From Octopus sinensis (lineage: Eukaryota), in NCBI RefSeq assembly GCF_006345805.1, contig NC_043000.1, positions 134,912,001 to 134,976,000 of the forward strand: 64,000 nt of DNA, in the 5' to 3' direction. How positions within the stretch are numbered: position 1 is the stretch's first letter; each line of letters starts with the position of its first letter. The translations under genes and the position numbers were made by a program. The notes under the pieces are model-generated. The model was not told the origin of the DNA. It ran no database searches and worked only from the letters and a program-made list of their open reading frames with translations. Shown piece by piece: positions 25,820 to 39,857 of the stretch.

Positions 25820-25985
25820 GCCCGATAACGGAAGAGATGGCGGCGTGGGTTTCCGCCCCGACATCTGAAACTCAGAGTTTATCACGGCTACCGAATAATT
25901 GTCACATATATTTACTGATAAATTCTTTTATTTACATAATATCGAGGTCTCTTTCATGTTTTTTGTCTTACCATTTCTATCAATA
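25820..25985 (+). mobile_element. PLE pLTR-like repeat (paralogue of 47527-47725)
   Basis: GATAA-CGGAAGA-GATG...CATC-TGAAACTCAGAGT-TTATC followed by CTACCGAATAATTGTCACAT...TACATAATATCGAGGTCTC. Confidence 0.6.
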
Positions 25986-25996
25986 TATATATATAT

Positions 25997-26102
<106 letters not shown>

Positions 26103-26112
26103 TATATATATT

Positions 26113-26415
26113 TACGGGGGTGAGTCAAAAGTAATGCCATTTTGTTTAGGACAGGTATAATTACCAACACAGAAACATGTATCATGCATCAAAATGAAGC
26201 TGGTCCTCTGTGGATCACATCTTTACTTTTCAACATAGTCACCATTTCTCTCAGTAGCAATGTTCCACCTTCGAATGAGAGCATGTATCCATAAAATTCT
26301 GCCCCGTAAAATTCTGTTGACTGTTCTTTGGGCCACTTCTTCACTACAGTTTTCACTTCCTCGTCACTGGAATAATATTTACCTCTCAAACACTCTTTCA
26401 TGGGTCCGAAGTGAT
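26113..26415 (-). mobile_element. Mariner transposon 3' end (transposase C-terminus plus TIR)
   Basis: FGPMKECLRGKYYSSDEEVKTVVKKWPKEQSTEFY...NGDYVEK. The terminus TACGGGGGTGAGTCAAAAG sits at a TA. Confidence 0.85.
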
Positions 26416-26479
26416 AATTGTCTGAAGGCGCTGAATTATTCCAGTGACGAGGAAGGGAAAGAAGTGGCTCAAATGGCTC

Positions 26480-26773
26480 ACCTATTTATTCCTTACCAAA
26501 CCTCCGGAAAGATTCAGAAGTGGCTGTCGCAGAATATCCACAACTTCACTAGTCCTAATTTCTTGACTGCTGATTCTCCCGATTGTTTGTGGGTGGGGCG
26601 CGGCTTAAAAAGACACCAACCGTTTTACCTGCGACACCATGGCCGAGCTGGAGGCCAAGATCAAGGCTGTGTTCCAGCATCTTCACAGTGATATAGAAAG
26701 AAACGCATGCACCAGGTTTCGGAGTCATTTGGAAGCCGTGTCGGAAGCTGAGAACGGCTACTTCGAGTATACC
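26480..26773 (+). mobile_element. Tc1/mariner-superfamily transposase C-terminal remnant
   Basis: KIQKWLSQNIHNF...DSPDC.. followed by ELEAKIKAVFQHL...NACTRFRSHLEAVSEAENGYFE. Confidence 0.8.
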
Positions 26774-27006
26774 TATTTCTTTACTACCCACAAGGTGCTA
26801 AACACAGAGGGGAGAAACAAGGACAGACATAGGTATTAAGTCGATTACATCGACCCCAGTGCGTAACTGGTACTTAATTTATCGACCCCGAAAGGATGAA
26901 AGGCAAAGTCGACCTCGGCGAAATTTGAACTCACAACGTAACGCAGACGAAATACCGCTAAGCATTTCGCCCGGCGTGCTAACGTTTCTGCCAGCTCGCC
27001 GCCTTA
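26774..27006 (-). mobile_element. SINE family B, full length, with 15-bp TSD (TACTTCGAGTATACC at 26759-26773 and 27007-27021)
   Basis: Perfect flanking direct repeat. The element's 3' end is ...TTAGCACCTTGTGGGTAGTAAAGAAATA. Confidence 0.95.
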
Positions 27007-27199
27007 TACTTCGAGTATACCGTTACCTCTCAGCCATAATCTATGTGATATTTTTTGATGCTTTTATTTTTTAATGGGATATTTTGTTTTCTTTTCCTTT
27101 TATGTAAACTGACAAATTTAGCCCGAACACCCTGTATATCTCTGTTTGTCTATCCAGCAATCTTTCTATATATATATATGTATGCGTGTGTCTGTGTGT

Positions 27200-27500
27200 G
27201 TGTGTGCGCATGTGCATGTATGTATGTATGTATGTATGTATGTATGTATGTATGCATGCATGCATTCATGTATGTATGTATGTATGCATGTATGCATGCA
27301 TTCATGCATGCATGTATGCATGTATGTATGTATGTATGTATGTATGTATGTATGTATGTATATATGTATGTATGTATGTATGTATGCATGCATGTATGTA
27401 TGTATATATGTATGTATGTATGCATGCATGTATGTATGTATGTATGTATGTATTATGCATGCATGCATGTATGTATGTATGTATGTATGTATGTATGCAT
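27200..27500. repeat. (TATG)n/(CATG)n microsatellite
   Basis: Direct reading. Confidence 0.97.
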
Positions 27501-29760
27501 GTAGCAAGTGAGTGAAAGAAAGGTACATATACACACCTATATTTTCACAAAACCGTAAGTGATTGTATTTTGAAATATATGCGTGAGTATGCACGTACGA
27601 TTATGCATTATTTATGTTTTCTTTCGAGAACTGTCGTTCGGTTTGCCAATGTTGTTATTTATTAAATTATATATTAAAATATTAATAAATAAACAAATAA
27701 ATCAATCAATAAATAGGCAAAAAAAATGGAATAATTCAATATTTAAATAGAAAAATATCGTTTTCATTTTCATCTTCGTCTCCAACGATTTGCCCTCCTC
27801 CTCATCATCGTAATCTTTTCGTCATCTTCAGTAGCAGTACCAGTAGCACTAGTAGCACCACATGATCACCACCTTCATCGGCAGAATTATCGGCGCATTC
27901 ATTACCATATTGATGTTCTCTTTGTCATTGTAGTCGTCAATACTCATTATTTTTTTACATGTTAATGACTTTAAGTAAATTTTGAAGAAAAAAAAGCGAT
28001 AGAAAAGAAGAAAAAGATTTAAGAAAGCTCCTGTATCCAAAGAAATGTGCGAACAGGTACTACATTTTAAAAAAAATTATAAAAGTACATAATGGAATAC
28101 TTTTCAAAATCGTAGGAAGTAAAGAGCATAGCAATACATGCATTCTGAAAATACAATAAGATACCCAATGATGCACAGCAAAATATATGTTTCTATATCA
28201 CAACAGGCTTAGCAATACACAAAATCTGCGAGCCCTAACTGCACATTGATAGCAGAATAAAGGACATCTTGCACATGAACGAGGAATTTCTCACGAGAAA
28301 ACGAAAACAAAGATATGTACATGGAAAACTAAGAAAGACCAAAAACAAAGGTGGTCACGCAAACAATCATCTGAATATCCATATATATATATAGGTATAT
28401 GTATGTATATATATGCATTTTTATAACTTGCTCTTTGTCCTCTAACTTACCAGCAAACAGAATAACACACAGCGCAACAGAATAAACATAGGAATCACAA
28501 ATGGTAATCTAACAGAAACAGTTTTACACATAGCAGAAATTACCACTACTAAAGCAATCAGAAAAGAATAATAGAAAACACCTTCCCACACTGAAAATAA
28601 GCAAATAATATCAGATAATAATAGCTAAATGCAACCAGGCTCTTCAAGAAACAAATACAAATATTATATAACTGAACCTATATCGAAGAAAAGCGAGTTC
28701 GGCCACTATAGAGTCAATCATCCCCAACTCCACCCTCTTTATACAGAAGCGAAAGCAAATATACGACTCAAAATTGTCGGAAACATAATATCCCTGCTTT
28801 TATTCCTTTAGATAGAAAACGGCAACCATCTACATTTACAATGTTAAAATCTGGGAAAATATCATTTTGAATAAAAGTAGGCGGTCTTTCAAAAGGCGAA
28901 AATTAAATTAAAACATGAACTTTATTTTAAATATGAATCAAAAACTTGGAAACAATTTTTCTCAAAATTACAGCGGAAAGTGTACCAAAAGCAAAGAACT
29001 CGAAATATATTGGGAGAGCATAAGGGCCCATATTTTGTACTATAATATACTATAATAAACATTCACATTGGTTAGCAAAACAGTATGAAGGGAAAATATA
29101 ACGTCATACACGTGACCCGGTATAATCAGTGCAGAATTTACCAAAGTGATCAAGGTCGCAAGCAAATGGAAGGCGTCTGGAATCGAGAAAGGTTAAAATT
29201 TCTCCTTTACGTATTTAATCAACAGTGGCAATGAAATATTGAGTTTGAAAGTAAGCTGGAAGATACATATTTGTTCGATTTATATCGATAGATACTTTAC
29301 TTTTATTCATACCAGAAAGGCGAAAGTGAAGACGATCCTGGCAGGGTATATTGAAATACCACAAACATTTTTTTCATCGCTCTGCTGATTCTGCCATTAT
29401 ACCGCCCTCACTTCCAATGAAATATAGATGTGTCAACGACAGAACCTTTACATATTCGCTCGATCTGTCATAATAGCAACTAAATTTTCACTGATTACAT
29501 TCTACCACCTTAAATAAAGGATAGATTGGACATAGCACAAACAAGAAGAGATGGTCACGAATAAAATAAATTTTTTAATCATTGATCTGCTCAATATGTG
29601 CTGACCGAAGTCTAAACATTAAGGGCAGCAACAAAATATTAATTTCTAACTGTAAGACGCGGCTACAGATTTTCTGTGAGGTAGAGATACAGTCAATTAC
29701 ATCAGTTTCAGTACGACTTCGGTGGTATTTGAACTCGAAAAGTAGAGACATGTCAATTCT

Positions 29761-29975
29761 TATTTCTTTACTGCCCACAAGGGGCTAAACATAGAGGGGA
29801 CAAACAAGCACAGGCAAATGGATTAAGTCGATTACATCGACTCCAGTGCGTAACTGGTACTTATTTAATCAACCCTAAAAGGATTAAAGGCAAAGTCGAC
29901 CTCGGCGGAATTTGAACTCAGCATTTGAACTAAGCATTTCGCCCGGCGTGCTAATGTCTCTGCCAGCTCGCCGCC
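29761..29975 (-). mobile_element. SINE family B copy (GCCCCTTGTGGG tail)
   Basis: Head, centre and tail as in 26774-27006, with a small internal deletion. Confidence 0.9.
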
Positions 29976-31574
29976 TGAAAGTGACTCTGGAAAAGGGCGT
30001 TGATGAATTGTGACGGTTCATACAGTTTATAGATAATAGAAGAATGTCAATTCTGTCATTCCAAAGCTCTTACTGCCAACGAAATATGTGACGTAAAAAA
30101 ATCCATTTCAGCTGGTTATTGAAGTATGTTTCACGCTCACTGCAGAATAGTTCTGCCTTATTTCTTCTTCCCACGTTTAGAAAACATAATTGTCGTATCT
30201 TAATTCTTTTCTACATTTCATCGAAATGATCGTTCGAAGGACAGAAAAAATATGTTCCGTCTCTTTACGTTCAGAGTTCAAATCCCACAGAGGTCATCTT
30301 TGCCTTTCGTCCCTTTGGGTTCGATAAATATAAATACCATTAAATATCTATCTATATTTCTGTGGCCATATGCTCAAATTAGAAATTATCTATAAACTGT
30401 ATGAAGCATCACAATTCATCAACGCCCTTTTCTAGTTTCACTTTCATTCTCTCTCTTTCATTCTTTCATTTAAAGGGTCTTAACTCACTCCGTTCCTAGG
30501 TATATACGACATGGGTATTTTAGTAACTTAAATTGTTCCAGTGACTTTATAAGAACTAAAAATACAGGTCTAAAAATACAAGCCAATGCCGTAGCAATTC
30601 TTCATTTCTGTGATGAAAACCCTATTATGACAATCTCCCACCACCAACACCCCACCTAAAAATGTTCAGTGTTGTATATTTATATCTATTCTCTTTCACG
30701 TTTCCGTATAAAAATATGCCTAAACACTGCCAATAATCAAGTAGCGAGTAAACTATATGTTTCTCTCATATGAAAGGCCGTATGTCATTACTACACGTCG
30801 AAGAAAGCCTAGCCAATTGCAAAAAATATATATGAACAAATATATCTTCAAAAACACAATTCCTCCGTAGCTTAGAATTAAATATTGTACCTGGGTGAAA
30901 GCAGGAAATCAACAATGAAATGAATTCCTCAAAAGCTTCTGTTTCCTCTGTTGTAATATATAGAACATAATTAGCTATATTCAGCATAACTATTCCAAAG
31001 AGGACTGATACATAATCACTCACATTGCCTATTCAGCTCAATCGCCTGAAGCGCCATCTTGTGATGAATAAATTCGATCATTAAACTTCTTGAAGTGTAA
31101 GGAGGAAAAAAATCAAGAAAGATAATTAGGGATGACAAAACCATGAATACAAGAAAATAAAATGATAGTTCGGAACTGGAGATCTGCCAGGCTCTCAATT
31201 GTCCAATGAATTATCTATATCGCATACACTTCACTCTCAGCGGAGCTTGCCACAAACCATCCGGCTCTTTTCTTTTCATGAACCCCCCACCCCCACCGAC
31301 AGACACACGCACTTGTATACGTATGTGTGTGTCTGTCTCCCTTTATCTCTTTCTAAATATTTGACATGCCTTTGCGAGAATATTTCTTTCATTATCGTCG
31401 CTTGTAAAGTTGTCAGCATTACAAAATATATATTCTTGTTTCACTAATAATGTTCTGCTTTTGTCTCATTTTACTTTTGTGAGGTTTCTTGCACAATATT
31501 TCTTTTGAATCAACAGAATTCTAATATATGTGCGTTTGGTACATTATATATAGCTAGCTATCTAGGTAGGTAGG

Positions 31575-31675
<101 letters not shown>

Positions 31676-33280
31676 GGATATGGAGAGTAGCATATCTTTT
31701 ATATATTGTTCATTAAAGACATGGCTGTGTTCCAGTTTTATTTACTTTATTTTTTTTCTTTCTGGTTTCAGCTCAGAGCTGTGGCCATGCTGATGCACCC
31801 ATATTTTGCTGCGAGTTTGGAACGATAACATTACTAAATCCATATTCGCACATTCCCGACTTTCACAGTCTTATTTTCAAGAACTTATATAGATTTGATG
31901 CCGGCATTGCTTCTTATATACTGGTCAAATTTTCGTAAAATTTTTCATCAAAGGCTTTTTTGACTGTAAGGCTTTCACGTCAGCACGTGCTAATGTGATG
32001 AGGTCAAATATTTTCGATCGTTAGGTTTTAATATCAGTAACCGCGCTTTTTTTTCCATTTTTTATTTCTATTTTTTTATACTATGTTGTTTGTGTGTGTA
32101 TTTTTCTTTGGAGGATGGCATTGTGTTGCGATATCACTATGGCTTCTATGATTAATTTTATATTTTTGTAAGGAATTTCTATACACTATGCAAATTTTCT
32201 TTTCTACTATTTTTCTATTTAAGTTTGTTTTGTGACGTTGGTATGGTGTGTTGGAATTGCTCTTTGTAGTAAATGCATGATGCACCAACAAGAAAGTGTT
32301 GTGCTTGTGTGTCCAGTGTAATAGTTGGAGTCCAAAAGTTTACAACTTTCAATTTTGCAGTTAAATTCGTAAATTACGTTGCTCATTGTAGTGTATTATT
32401 GACAGGGAAGTTTTTGATTTTGGCGTTTTTGTGCATTATTATTAACTTTCGTTTATGGTTGTGTGTGATGCATTCTGTTCCATTTTTTTGAGGTTTTTGC
32501 TTACGCATTCGTCTATTCAGTAGTTGCTATGCATTCGATTCATATAATAAATTTTATTTGTGATTTGTGTATTTGTATTGGGTGTACTCGTTAATGTATA
32601 TAGTGTATTTATGAATGTATCCGTCTATAGCTCGGTCAGCTAGCTTGCTGAATTATCCGCTATAAAATATTTTCTTTCCCAAGTACATTGCTAATGGATG
32701 AGAATATAACTGTTTCTGTAAGTAGTGATTTTTACCACTTGCACCTTATAGTCGTGTGGACATTCCGTCTCCGTCTAGGCATATGCATTTGTTTGATTTT
32801 TTTTGTGTGTATACCGGCGTAATGTATGTTTATGTCTAAAAACGGGATCTAATTTGTATTTTCTGAATGTAAAATTTTAGTATTCACTTCTCTAAGTCTT
32901 TCTTTAGGTCTCAACGTTCTTTGACAACACTCACATAAAACAAATTAACATCTGACTACTGACGTGAAGACCTAACAGTCAAAAATATTTTGCACAGCAA
33001 ATTATCACGTGACTGCTGACGGGCAAACCTCATGGTCAACAAACCTATGTCGGAGAAATCTATGAAAATTTCACCAGCTTATAAGAAACAACGCAAAATA
33101 TTAATTCTTTAAAATAAATTCATGAAGATCCGGAAAGCTGAATTAAAGGACATCATTATGAACACTCTGTAATAACGCAGCTAGAATTGAAACACAGTGG
33201 TGTCTTTAATGAAACACACGCATAGATACACAGACACACAGACACACACATACACATATACATACGTACGTACATGTATG

Positions 33281-33322
<42 letters not shown>

Positions 33323-33342
33323 GTGTGTGTGTGTGTGTGTGT

Positions 33343-33419
<77 letters not shown>

Positions 33420-33424
<5 letters not shown>

Positions 33425-33807
33425 GAAGGTTGAAAAGGAACACACGAGTTGATATGTATAAGGTAAATAAGACAAGGTAGAAAATGCTAAAATAATTTTA
33501 GTACCCGTTTCGGTCTAATCAAAACCAAGAACTCATATCAAATATTAGGACTGCTGCTACCTGCTACCTGCTACCAAGACCTCAAATGAGTAAAAAAGAG
33601 AAACAGAGACAGTAAAAAAAAAGCGAAAATGACCCTTACATTTGAAAACTATGGTAATATTTTAAAAAAAAACATTTCATTTAATTTTTCGACAATTTAA
33701 TTTTCATATTTAACTCCAAGTTGAAAAAGTCGTAAAGGCTGAAACCGGTACTAAAATGTTTTTCATGATAGAATTATTTTAGCATTTCCTACCTTGCCTT
33801 ATTTACG

Positions 33808-33810
<3 letters not shown>
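33420..33810. mobile_element. Inverted pair of PLE pLTR-like sequences
   Basis: GGTAAATAAGACAAGGTAGAAAATGCTAAAATAATT pairs with AATTATTTTTAGCATTTCCTACCTTGCCTTATTTAC. Each arm has a GAAAC(C/G)GGTAC motif, and a third copy lies at 52620-52705. Confidence 0.6.
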
Positions 33811-33839
<29 letters not shown>

Positions 33840-33841
<2 letters not shown>

Positions 33842-33993
33842 TACAGCAGGGTTCGCCACCATCCCCTGCCGGAGCCTCGTGGAGCTTTAGGTGCTTTTGC
33901 ACAATAAACACTCACAACGCCCGGTCTGGGTATCGAAACCGCGATCCTACAACCGCGAGTCCGCTGCCCTAAACACTGGGCCATTGCGCCTCC
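33840..33993 (-). mobile_element. tRNA-derived SINE (family C-related head)
   Basis: The reverse complement GGAGGCGCAATGGCCCAGTGTTTAGGGCAGCGGACTCGCGGTTGTAGGATCGCGGTTTCGATACCC has A- and B-box-like motifs. Confidence 0.8.
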
Positions 33994-33995
33994 AC

Positions 33996-34029
<34 letters not shown>

Positions 34030-34062
34030 GCATGTTTGTATGTATGTATGTACATATATATA

Positions 34063-34128
<66 letters not shown>

Positions 34129-34626
34129 GCGCCTGGGTATTAATACGAATGTGGTTATGTAAAAAATGTTTATCGTTATTTATTGGATGATGGTTCGGTG
34201 GGGGTGATGCAAAGCAAAGCTAGAATGAATAACAATGATGAACAACTGTGATAAAATATAACATTTATAACGATCAATCGAGACATAAATATATACATAT
34301 AATGTGTGTGTCTGTGTATGTGTGTGTTTGCATGTGCAAGTGCGTATGTATGTATGTGTGTGTCTGTGTGTGTGCTTGTGTGTGTAAGTGCGTGTGTGTG
34401 TATTTAGTTAGAAGATCTGGAGATTGTGATATAATAAGAACTAAGATATTAGTAGTCATTAATAAAGGTATCAGATTTTTATTTTGCAAATAATGAGGTC
34501 TTTCTACGTCAGTATATTGTATCTGTTGCTCTTTTACATAATAATACCGAGCATATGACTTAATATCGTTACCGATTAAATCGACTAATTTTTGTTTCTG
34601 ATATGTCACTCCATGGCTATATACAT

Positions 34627-34672
<46 letters not shown>

Positions 34673-35029
34673 ATATATATATAATGATGTATGTTTACTC
34701 GTGACCGACGAAGACCATCACTGGTTGGCTTCCGTGGGACTTGGTGACGCAGAAAAATCACAGCATTGTTATTGTTTAACCTACGATCAATCCCGATCGA
34801 AAAGTCCTATCAACAAAGGCATTCTACTATTTAGCTCTCGAGTATGTGTTGTGCAAAAATGTTAATAAATTGGTCTCAGATTTTGGCACAAGGCCAGTAA
34901 TTCCGGAGAAAGGGCTACGTCGATTTTATCGACACCAGTAATCAAGTGGTGCTCGCCAACTTAAATGTGTTAATAAATTAATAATATTTTTAAAACAGCG
35001 AGCTACAAGACTCGTTACTGCACCATGGA

Positions 35030-35212
35030 AGACGCTTAGCGGCCATTCGTCCGTCTTTAAGTTCTGAGTTCAAATACTGACGAGGTAGACTTTACCTTTC
35101 ATCCTTTCAGCATAGATAAAATAAGTACCACTGAAGTACTGCGGTCAATGTAATCGACTTATACCTACCCTGAAACTGATGCCCTTGAGCCAAAATTTGA
35201 AACTAATAAATT
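35030..35212 (+). mobile_element. SINE family B, decayed copy
   Basis: GTTCTGAGTTCAAAT...GACTTTACCTTTCATCCTTTC...GATAAAATAAGTACC. Confidence 0.75.
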
Positions 35213-37245
35213 AATACTTTCCTTGCCTTTTTTTTTTTTGTAAATTATTTACTATACCTACATATTGTCTCGAGTGTGAAGTGATAAACCTTAATATAAC
35301 TTTTATGTTTTTGTTCATGCTTTATTGTTTAATATAATGCAATCCACCCATTGGTATTGTTCTAGCTCTATTACTATACCCTGCTTATTTCAATTTCGTT
35401 GTGTATCCGTATGCAGAATAAATTTTACAGACAGGTTTGAGAGAGCAGTAGCAACAACAAACGTTCTTTTCTTTCATCTAAATGTAAGTTACTTCACTAG
35501 ACGTTTCACAAACACTAATCTGTAGTGAAAATATTCGTCAGAGGTGGATAAAATCTTATACTAACAAAGCTGACATATTCAAAGCCGTCTGTATGTTTAT
35601 CTTTGACATTAATGTAAGTTCTCTATAGCAGATTCAAGTCAGCTTCTTCATTCGTGTCAAGACAATTCCAGGATATTTGTGAATGTGAGCTAAAGTGTGC
35701 TTATACGTAGAGGTATATGGGGCTGTAATGGCGCTCATGCAATAAGTGTACATGAGTATGCCTGTGATTGTTTTTACAAGATGTATACGATTGTGCAAAA
35801 TAAATGTGATTGTGCAAATTTTCACTGTACACCAATAAGCGACTGGATTTGAAGGGCGTGAGTCAGTTTGCTTTGTCTTTCTTGGCAAACCCTGGGTATG
35901 TGTATATAAAATTATGCAAGAGTGTGCATGTATGTAAGGATGGATACATGTCTAAATGTATGTATGTATATTCGTATATGGTTGTTGTTGTTGTTTTTTT
36001 TTATCTATTGAATTTGTGTTTGCGCATGTTGCGTCACATTTTTTTGTTGCTTTATAATTAGCATTTTCCTTGCTAAAATTTTGTGAATGGTTTCTTACTC
36101 TAATAATGGCTTGGAATGAGAGTAAATTTGTAGTTCGGATGCTCCATTCGCGGAGATGCGTGTGTGTATGTATGTGTGTGTGTGTGTTTGTGTGTATGTG
36201 TGTGTGTGTGTGTGTATGTGTGTATGCATGTGTCTATGCACAAATACGATGTAAGCATGAACATGCGTATATATTTGGATGTATGCATCTGGAAGGATTA
36301 GAAACATCTTTAATAATAAACAAATACACGTATTATTACAGTTAAATTGTCTTTCTTCAAATGGTAGTTTTGCCTAATGTTTCAAGACAATAATTCTTTT
36401 AGGCAAGAGAAACGTAATTTCCTAAAATTAAATCAGAAAATAAGATTATAAAATATTCTGTAACACTATTATTCTTGTAACGAAACAAAAAAAAAAAGAA
36501 AAAGATAGAAATTAACACAGTTCTATTTACTATTTCATACTTCTCTAATGTAAAACAATATACAAGAAATAATAGCTTTCTCAGTCTTCAGTTATCAACA
36601 AGGAAAATGGCCGACGTTTGCCGAATGAGTTTAGTTAATGGACAGACACAACAGAAATAAGATTTGCCAAAACACGAAAGAAATCAGTTTAAAATAGATT
36701 GAAATGACTAAGCGTAATTCTCAAGTAAAACTTTCACCTTTCTCGTTTAAAAACGGACAGGAATTCGTAATAAGATTGCTTGTAGTTTATTAATAATATA
36801 ATCTGCTGTAGGCTATTCATTTCGCCTTTTTAAAACAGTACTAGTCACCATTTCAGTAATCACACTAAATTCAGTTCATTGTTTTTGTGATTAAACAGAG
36901 AAAAACCAATTGGCTGCCCTCATCGTGTCATCAGCGATTTTCTTAAATAAACAACTTGAATTCGTCTATCACAATTATTATTCGTTTATTTCTGTAACCG
37001 AGTTTACACTTACGAAATAGGCTTTTCTTTCCAGTTATCTGGTTTGATTTCAACACACAACATTTTACTTTTACTTCGCAATTCTCTTATCGCTATTTCG
37101 GCAAGACTGTTGAAGTCTGTACTTCACTGACGACGTCACTAACAAATGCCTGGAGTTGTCTCCCGTACTTACCGAAAAAATAATGATATTAGTTTTACTT
37201 GCATAGCAAGTGACCTGATCTGAGATCGTGTACTGGAATGAAAAC

Positions 37246-37444
37246 AATTGCAGCATGGAAGGTGTTTATAAGCCATTTAAGAAACACACAAAAACTTTGT
37301 CACACACAAGCACTTTGTCAGTTAACAGGTCGCGGTCTCAAAGCGACGAAAATGTTTTGACAAATTGTATTTAAATGTTGAGTGCATCTAACGGTTTTTG
37401 TGTGTTTCTTAAATGGTTTATAAACACCTTCCACGCTGCAAATT
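37246..37444. mobile_element. MITE-like unit with ~50-bp terminal inverted repeats
   Basis: TTGCAGCATGGAAGGTGTTTATAAGCCATTTAAGAAACACACAAAAAC pairs with GTTTTTGTGTGTTTCTTAAATGGTTTATAAACACCTTCCACGCTGCAA. Confidence 0.75.
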
Positions 37445-38585
37445 ATATTAGTCATTGCCTAATATTGTATTTTATTTCTTTGCTGCATAATTACTTATAG
37501 TTGTCATTTTTAATGTTCCTTTCATTAAATATGTTAACACTAACATAACTATCGTTTACCACATTGATGATGTCTCCCAGTTATTTCTCTATAAATGGTT
37601 CTATTTTACTACATCAATCACTGTCTCGTGTTGTACATGTACTTGGTGATGTTTTCGTTACTACTTTTGTATATACGATGAAGTCTATGTCTCGTTGAAG
37701 AGAACATAATAACACTGAAACATGTCCGAACTTTTTTTCCAATAGCTCAGCGACTATACTTTAAAATTGACAAATGTTTCTTTAAGGTGCGATGTTAAAT
37801 TTAATATATTCCCCTAGTATAATTTTGGAACGGATTAGTTCCATCAAGATAAACTGTTATTGCATGGAAACGAATCTCCTTTAGCAGAGCAGCTAAAATT
37901 CACAAATATAATAGATGTCCCATACTGAGCTGAACTCACATATAAATTAGTAATTTACAATTGCAGAGGTCGTTCTGTTTTACATTTTAAAGCTCTTCAA
38001 GGCAACGTAAACAGCATTATTCCTAGAAATCGTAGGCTATATCCCTGCCTGTTAAATGGAACAAAACTTCTGCTGAAGTCTTCCAAGTAACAAACCACAT
38101 GCAAAAATTTGATATATTACATCGATAGACCCTATTCAAAGAATACGAAGTAATTTGTGCTGTATATTTCAGAATATACGAGTAGTATAAGTGGTGTTGT
38201 TTTGGGATAGATTCGTCATTCAGAGTAAGTCCACATTTTTTTTGCTCAATGTGTATCGATTGATAATGGAGATTTTCAACGATTTGTTCTCGAATCTGAA
38301 TCTTATCTACGTGCCTCAAGCATTTTTGAAAGGAGAAGGAAACAACCACTACGTCTGTAAATTTCTCCTAGAAAACCTTGTATTTTATCATCAGTAGATA
38401 AATATTTCCATGATTCACAAAGTATTATATAACAGATTGTTATTTCTATATCCAGCAACTTTGAATAGTTTGAGGGAGAAATAGGGGACATGAAATAAAA
38501 TACCAAGAGACACAGTTCTTTCCTACAGAGCAAGCCACACACACATGCAAACATACACACACGTGTGTATATGCGTGTATGTGTA

Positions 38586-38617
<32 letters not shown>

Positions 38618-38807
38618 CGTGTATGTGTATTTGTGTGTGTGGCTTGCTCTGTAGTAGAGAACTGAGTCTCCTGTTATTATATTTCATGTCGCCTGCATGA
38701 AATATATACAGAAAGAGAGGGAAAGAGGGAGAGAGGGGAGGAAAGACAGGGACAGATGAATGTTTGTGCATACATATGTGTGTTTAACATAAACTGAATA
38801 CTATATA

Positions 38808-39105
38808 TATCGGGCTGCCGGAATCGTGAGCACGCCGGGCAAAATGCTTAGCAGTATTTCGTCCGTCCTTACGTCTTGACTTCAAATTCCGTCGAGGTTG
38901 ACTTCGTCTTTTATCCTTCGGAGTCGATGTAATCGACTTACCTTCCCATCGAACTTCTTGGCCTTATATTAAAATCTAAAACCATAATTTTGTCTTTCAT
39001 CCCTTCAGGATCGATAAAATAAGTACCAGTGAAATGTTGGGGTCTATATAATCGACTAGCCGCTCACCCAAAATTTCAGGCCTTGTGCCTTTAAGTAGAA
39101 CGGAT
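38808..39105 (+). mobile_element. SINE family B, decayed dimer-like copy
   Basis: Head ...AGCACGCCGGGCAAAATGCTTAGC, two central-domain remnants, tail GCCTTGTGCCTTTAAGTAGAA. Confidence 0.75.
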
Positions 39106-39134
39106 TGTTATTATTATTATTGTTGTTGTTATTG

Positions 39135-39735
39135 CCTTTGCACAGCTTCTAACGCTGGAAATGTACTACAGTGTCAGCTGTTCACTACCAGGTAGCACCT
39201 CTTATTTTTCGAGCACCTTCAGGAGTATTCGAGCGGTTCCAAACAGTGCTGTTTTCTGCAAGTGCTCCACCCTTATTGCAGCCCCTATTTGTTCTAGAGA
39301 TTTTTGCTCACTGTTCCCAGGGCTCCGACAATTATTGGTACCTTTTTCATCGACCACAACTGCTTAACTTTCCAAGCTAACCTGTCATATCTCGACTTTT
39401 CTTTCTTCTTTATCACATACCTTGTTGTCAGCTGAGCATGCTATATCGGTGATCCAGCATCGTTTAGTTTCTTTCTCAATTAAGACTGTCTGGCTTCCTA
39501 TTCTCTATCTCATGGTCGCACTGAGTCATAAAATCCTGTAAGATCCTTTCATTCGGCGATGCCTTCAGGTTTGTGGTCGTACCAATTTTTTGCTCTGTCA
39601 AGTCCATACTTGTTGCAAAGTGTCCAATGGACAAGCCAGGCAATAATGTCATGGCGTCTCTTGGGCTAGTGGCGTACATTGGCTGGTAATATGCCATACG
39701 GTTTCACCGTTTTGTCCAAAGATTCTGCACTTATC
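39135..39735 (-). mobile_element. R4/Dong-type (RLE) non-LTR element, 3' end
   Basis: CRIFGQNGETVWHITSQC (CCHC), DHEIENRKPD (PD..D endonuclease) and a terminal HLQKTALFGTARILR.VLEK*. Abuts (AAT/AAC)n. Confidence 0.88.
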
Positions 39736-39807
39736 GCTTTTTGCTGTATTGTTTATTCTGTATTTCATGTAGTTTTATGTGGTGTCTATTCTGTATTTTA
39801 TGCATTA

Positions 39808-39843
<36 letters not shown>

Positions 39844-39857
39844 TATTATTATTATTA

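Noticed and set aside
35431-38224. Possible plus-strand mini-exons (35431-35483 and 38173-38224) with AG...GTAAGT signals
   Set aside because: The second has stops in all three frames, and such signals arise by chance in AT-rich DNA. Not supportable without RNA data.
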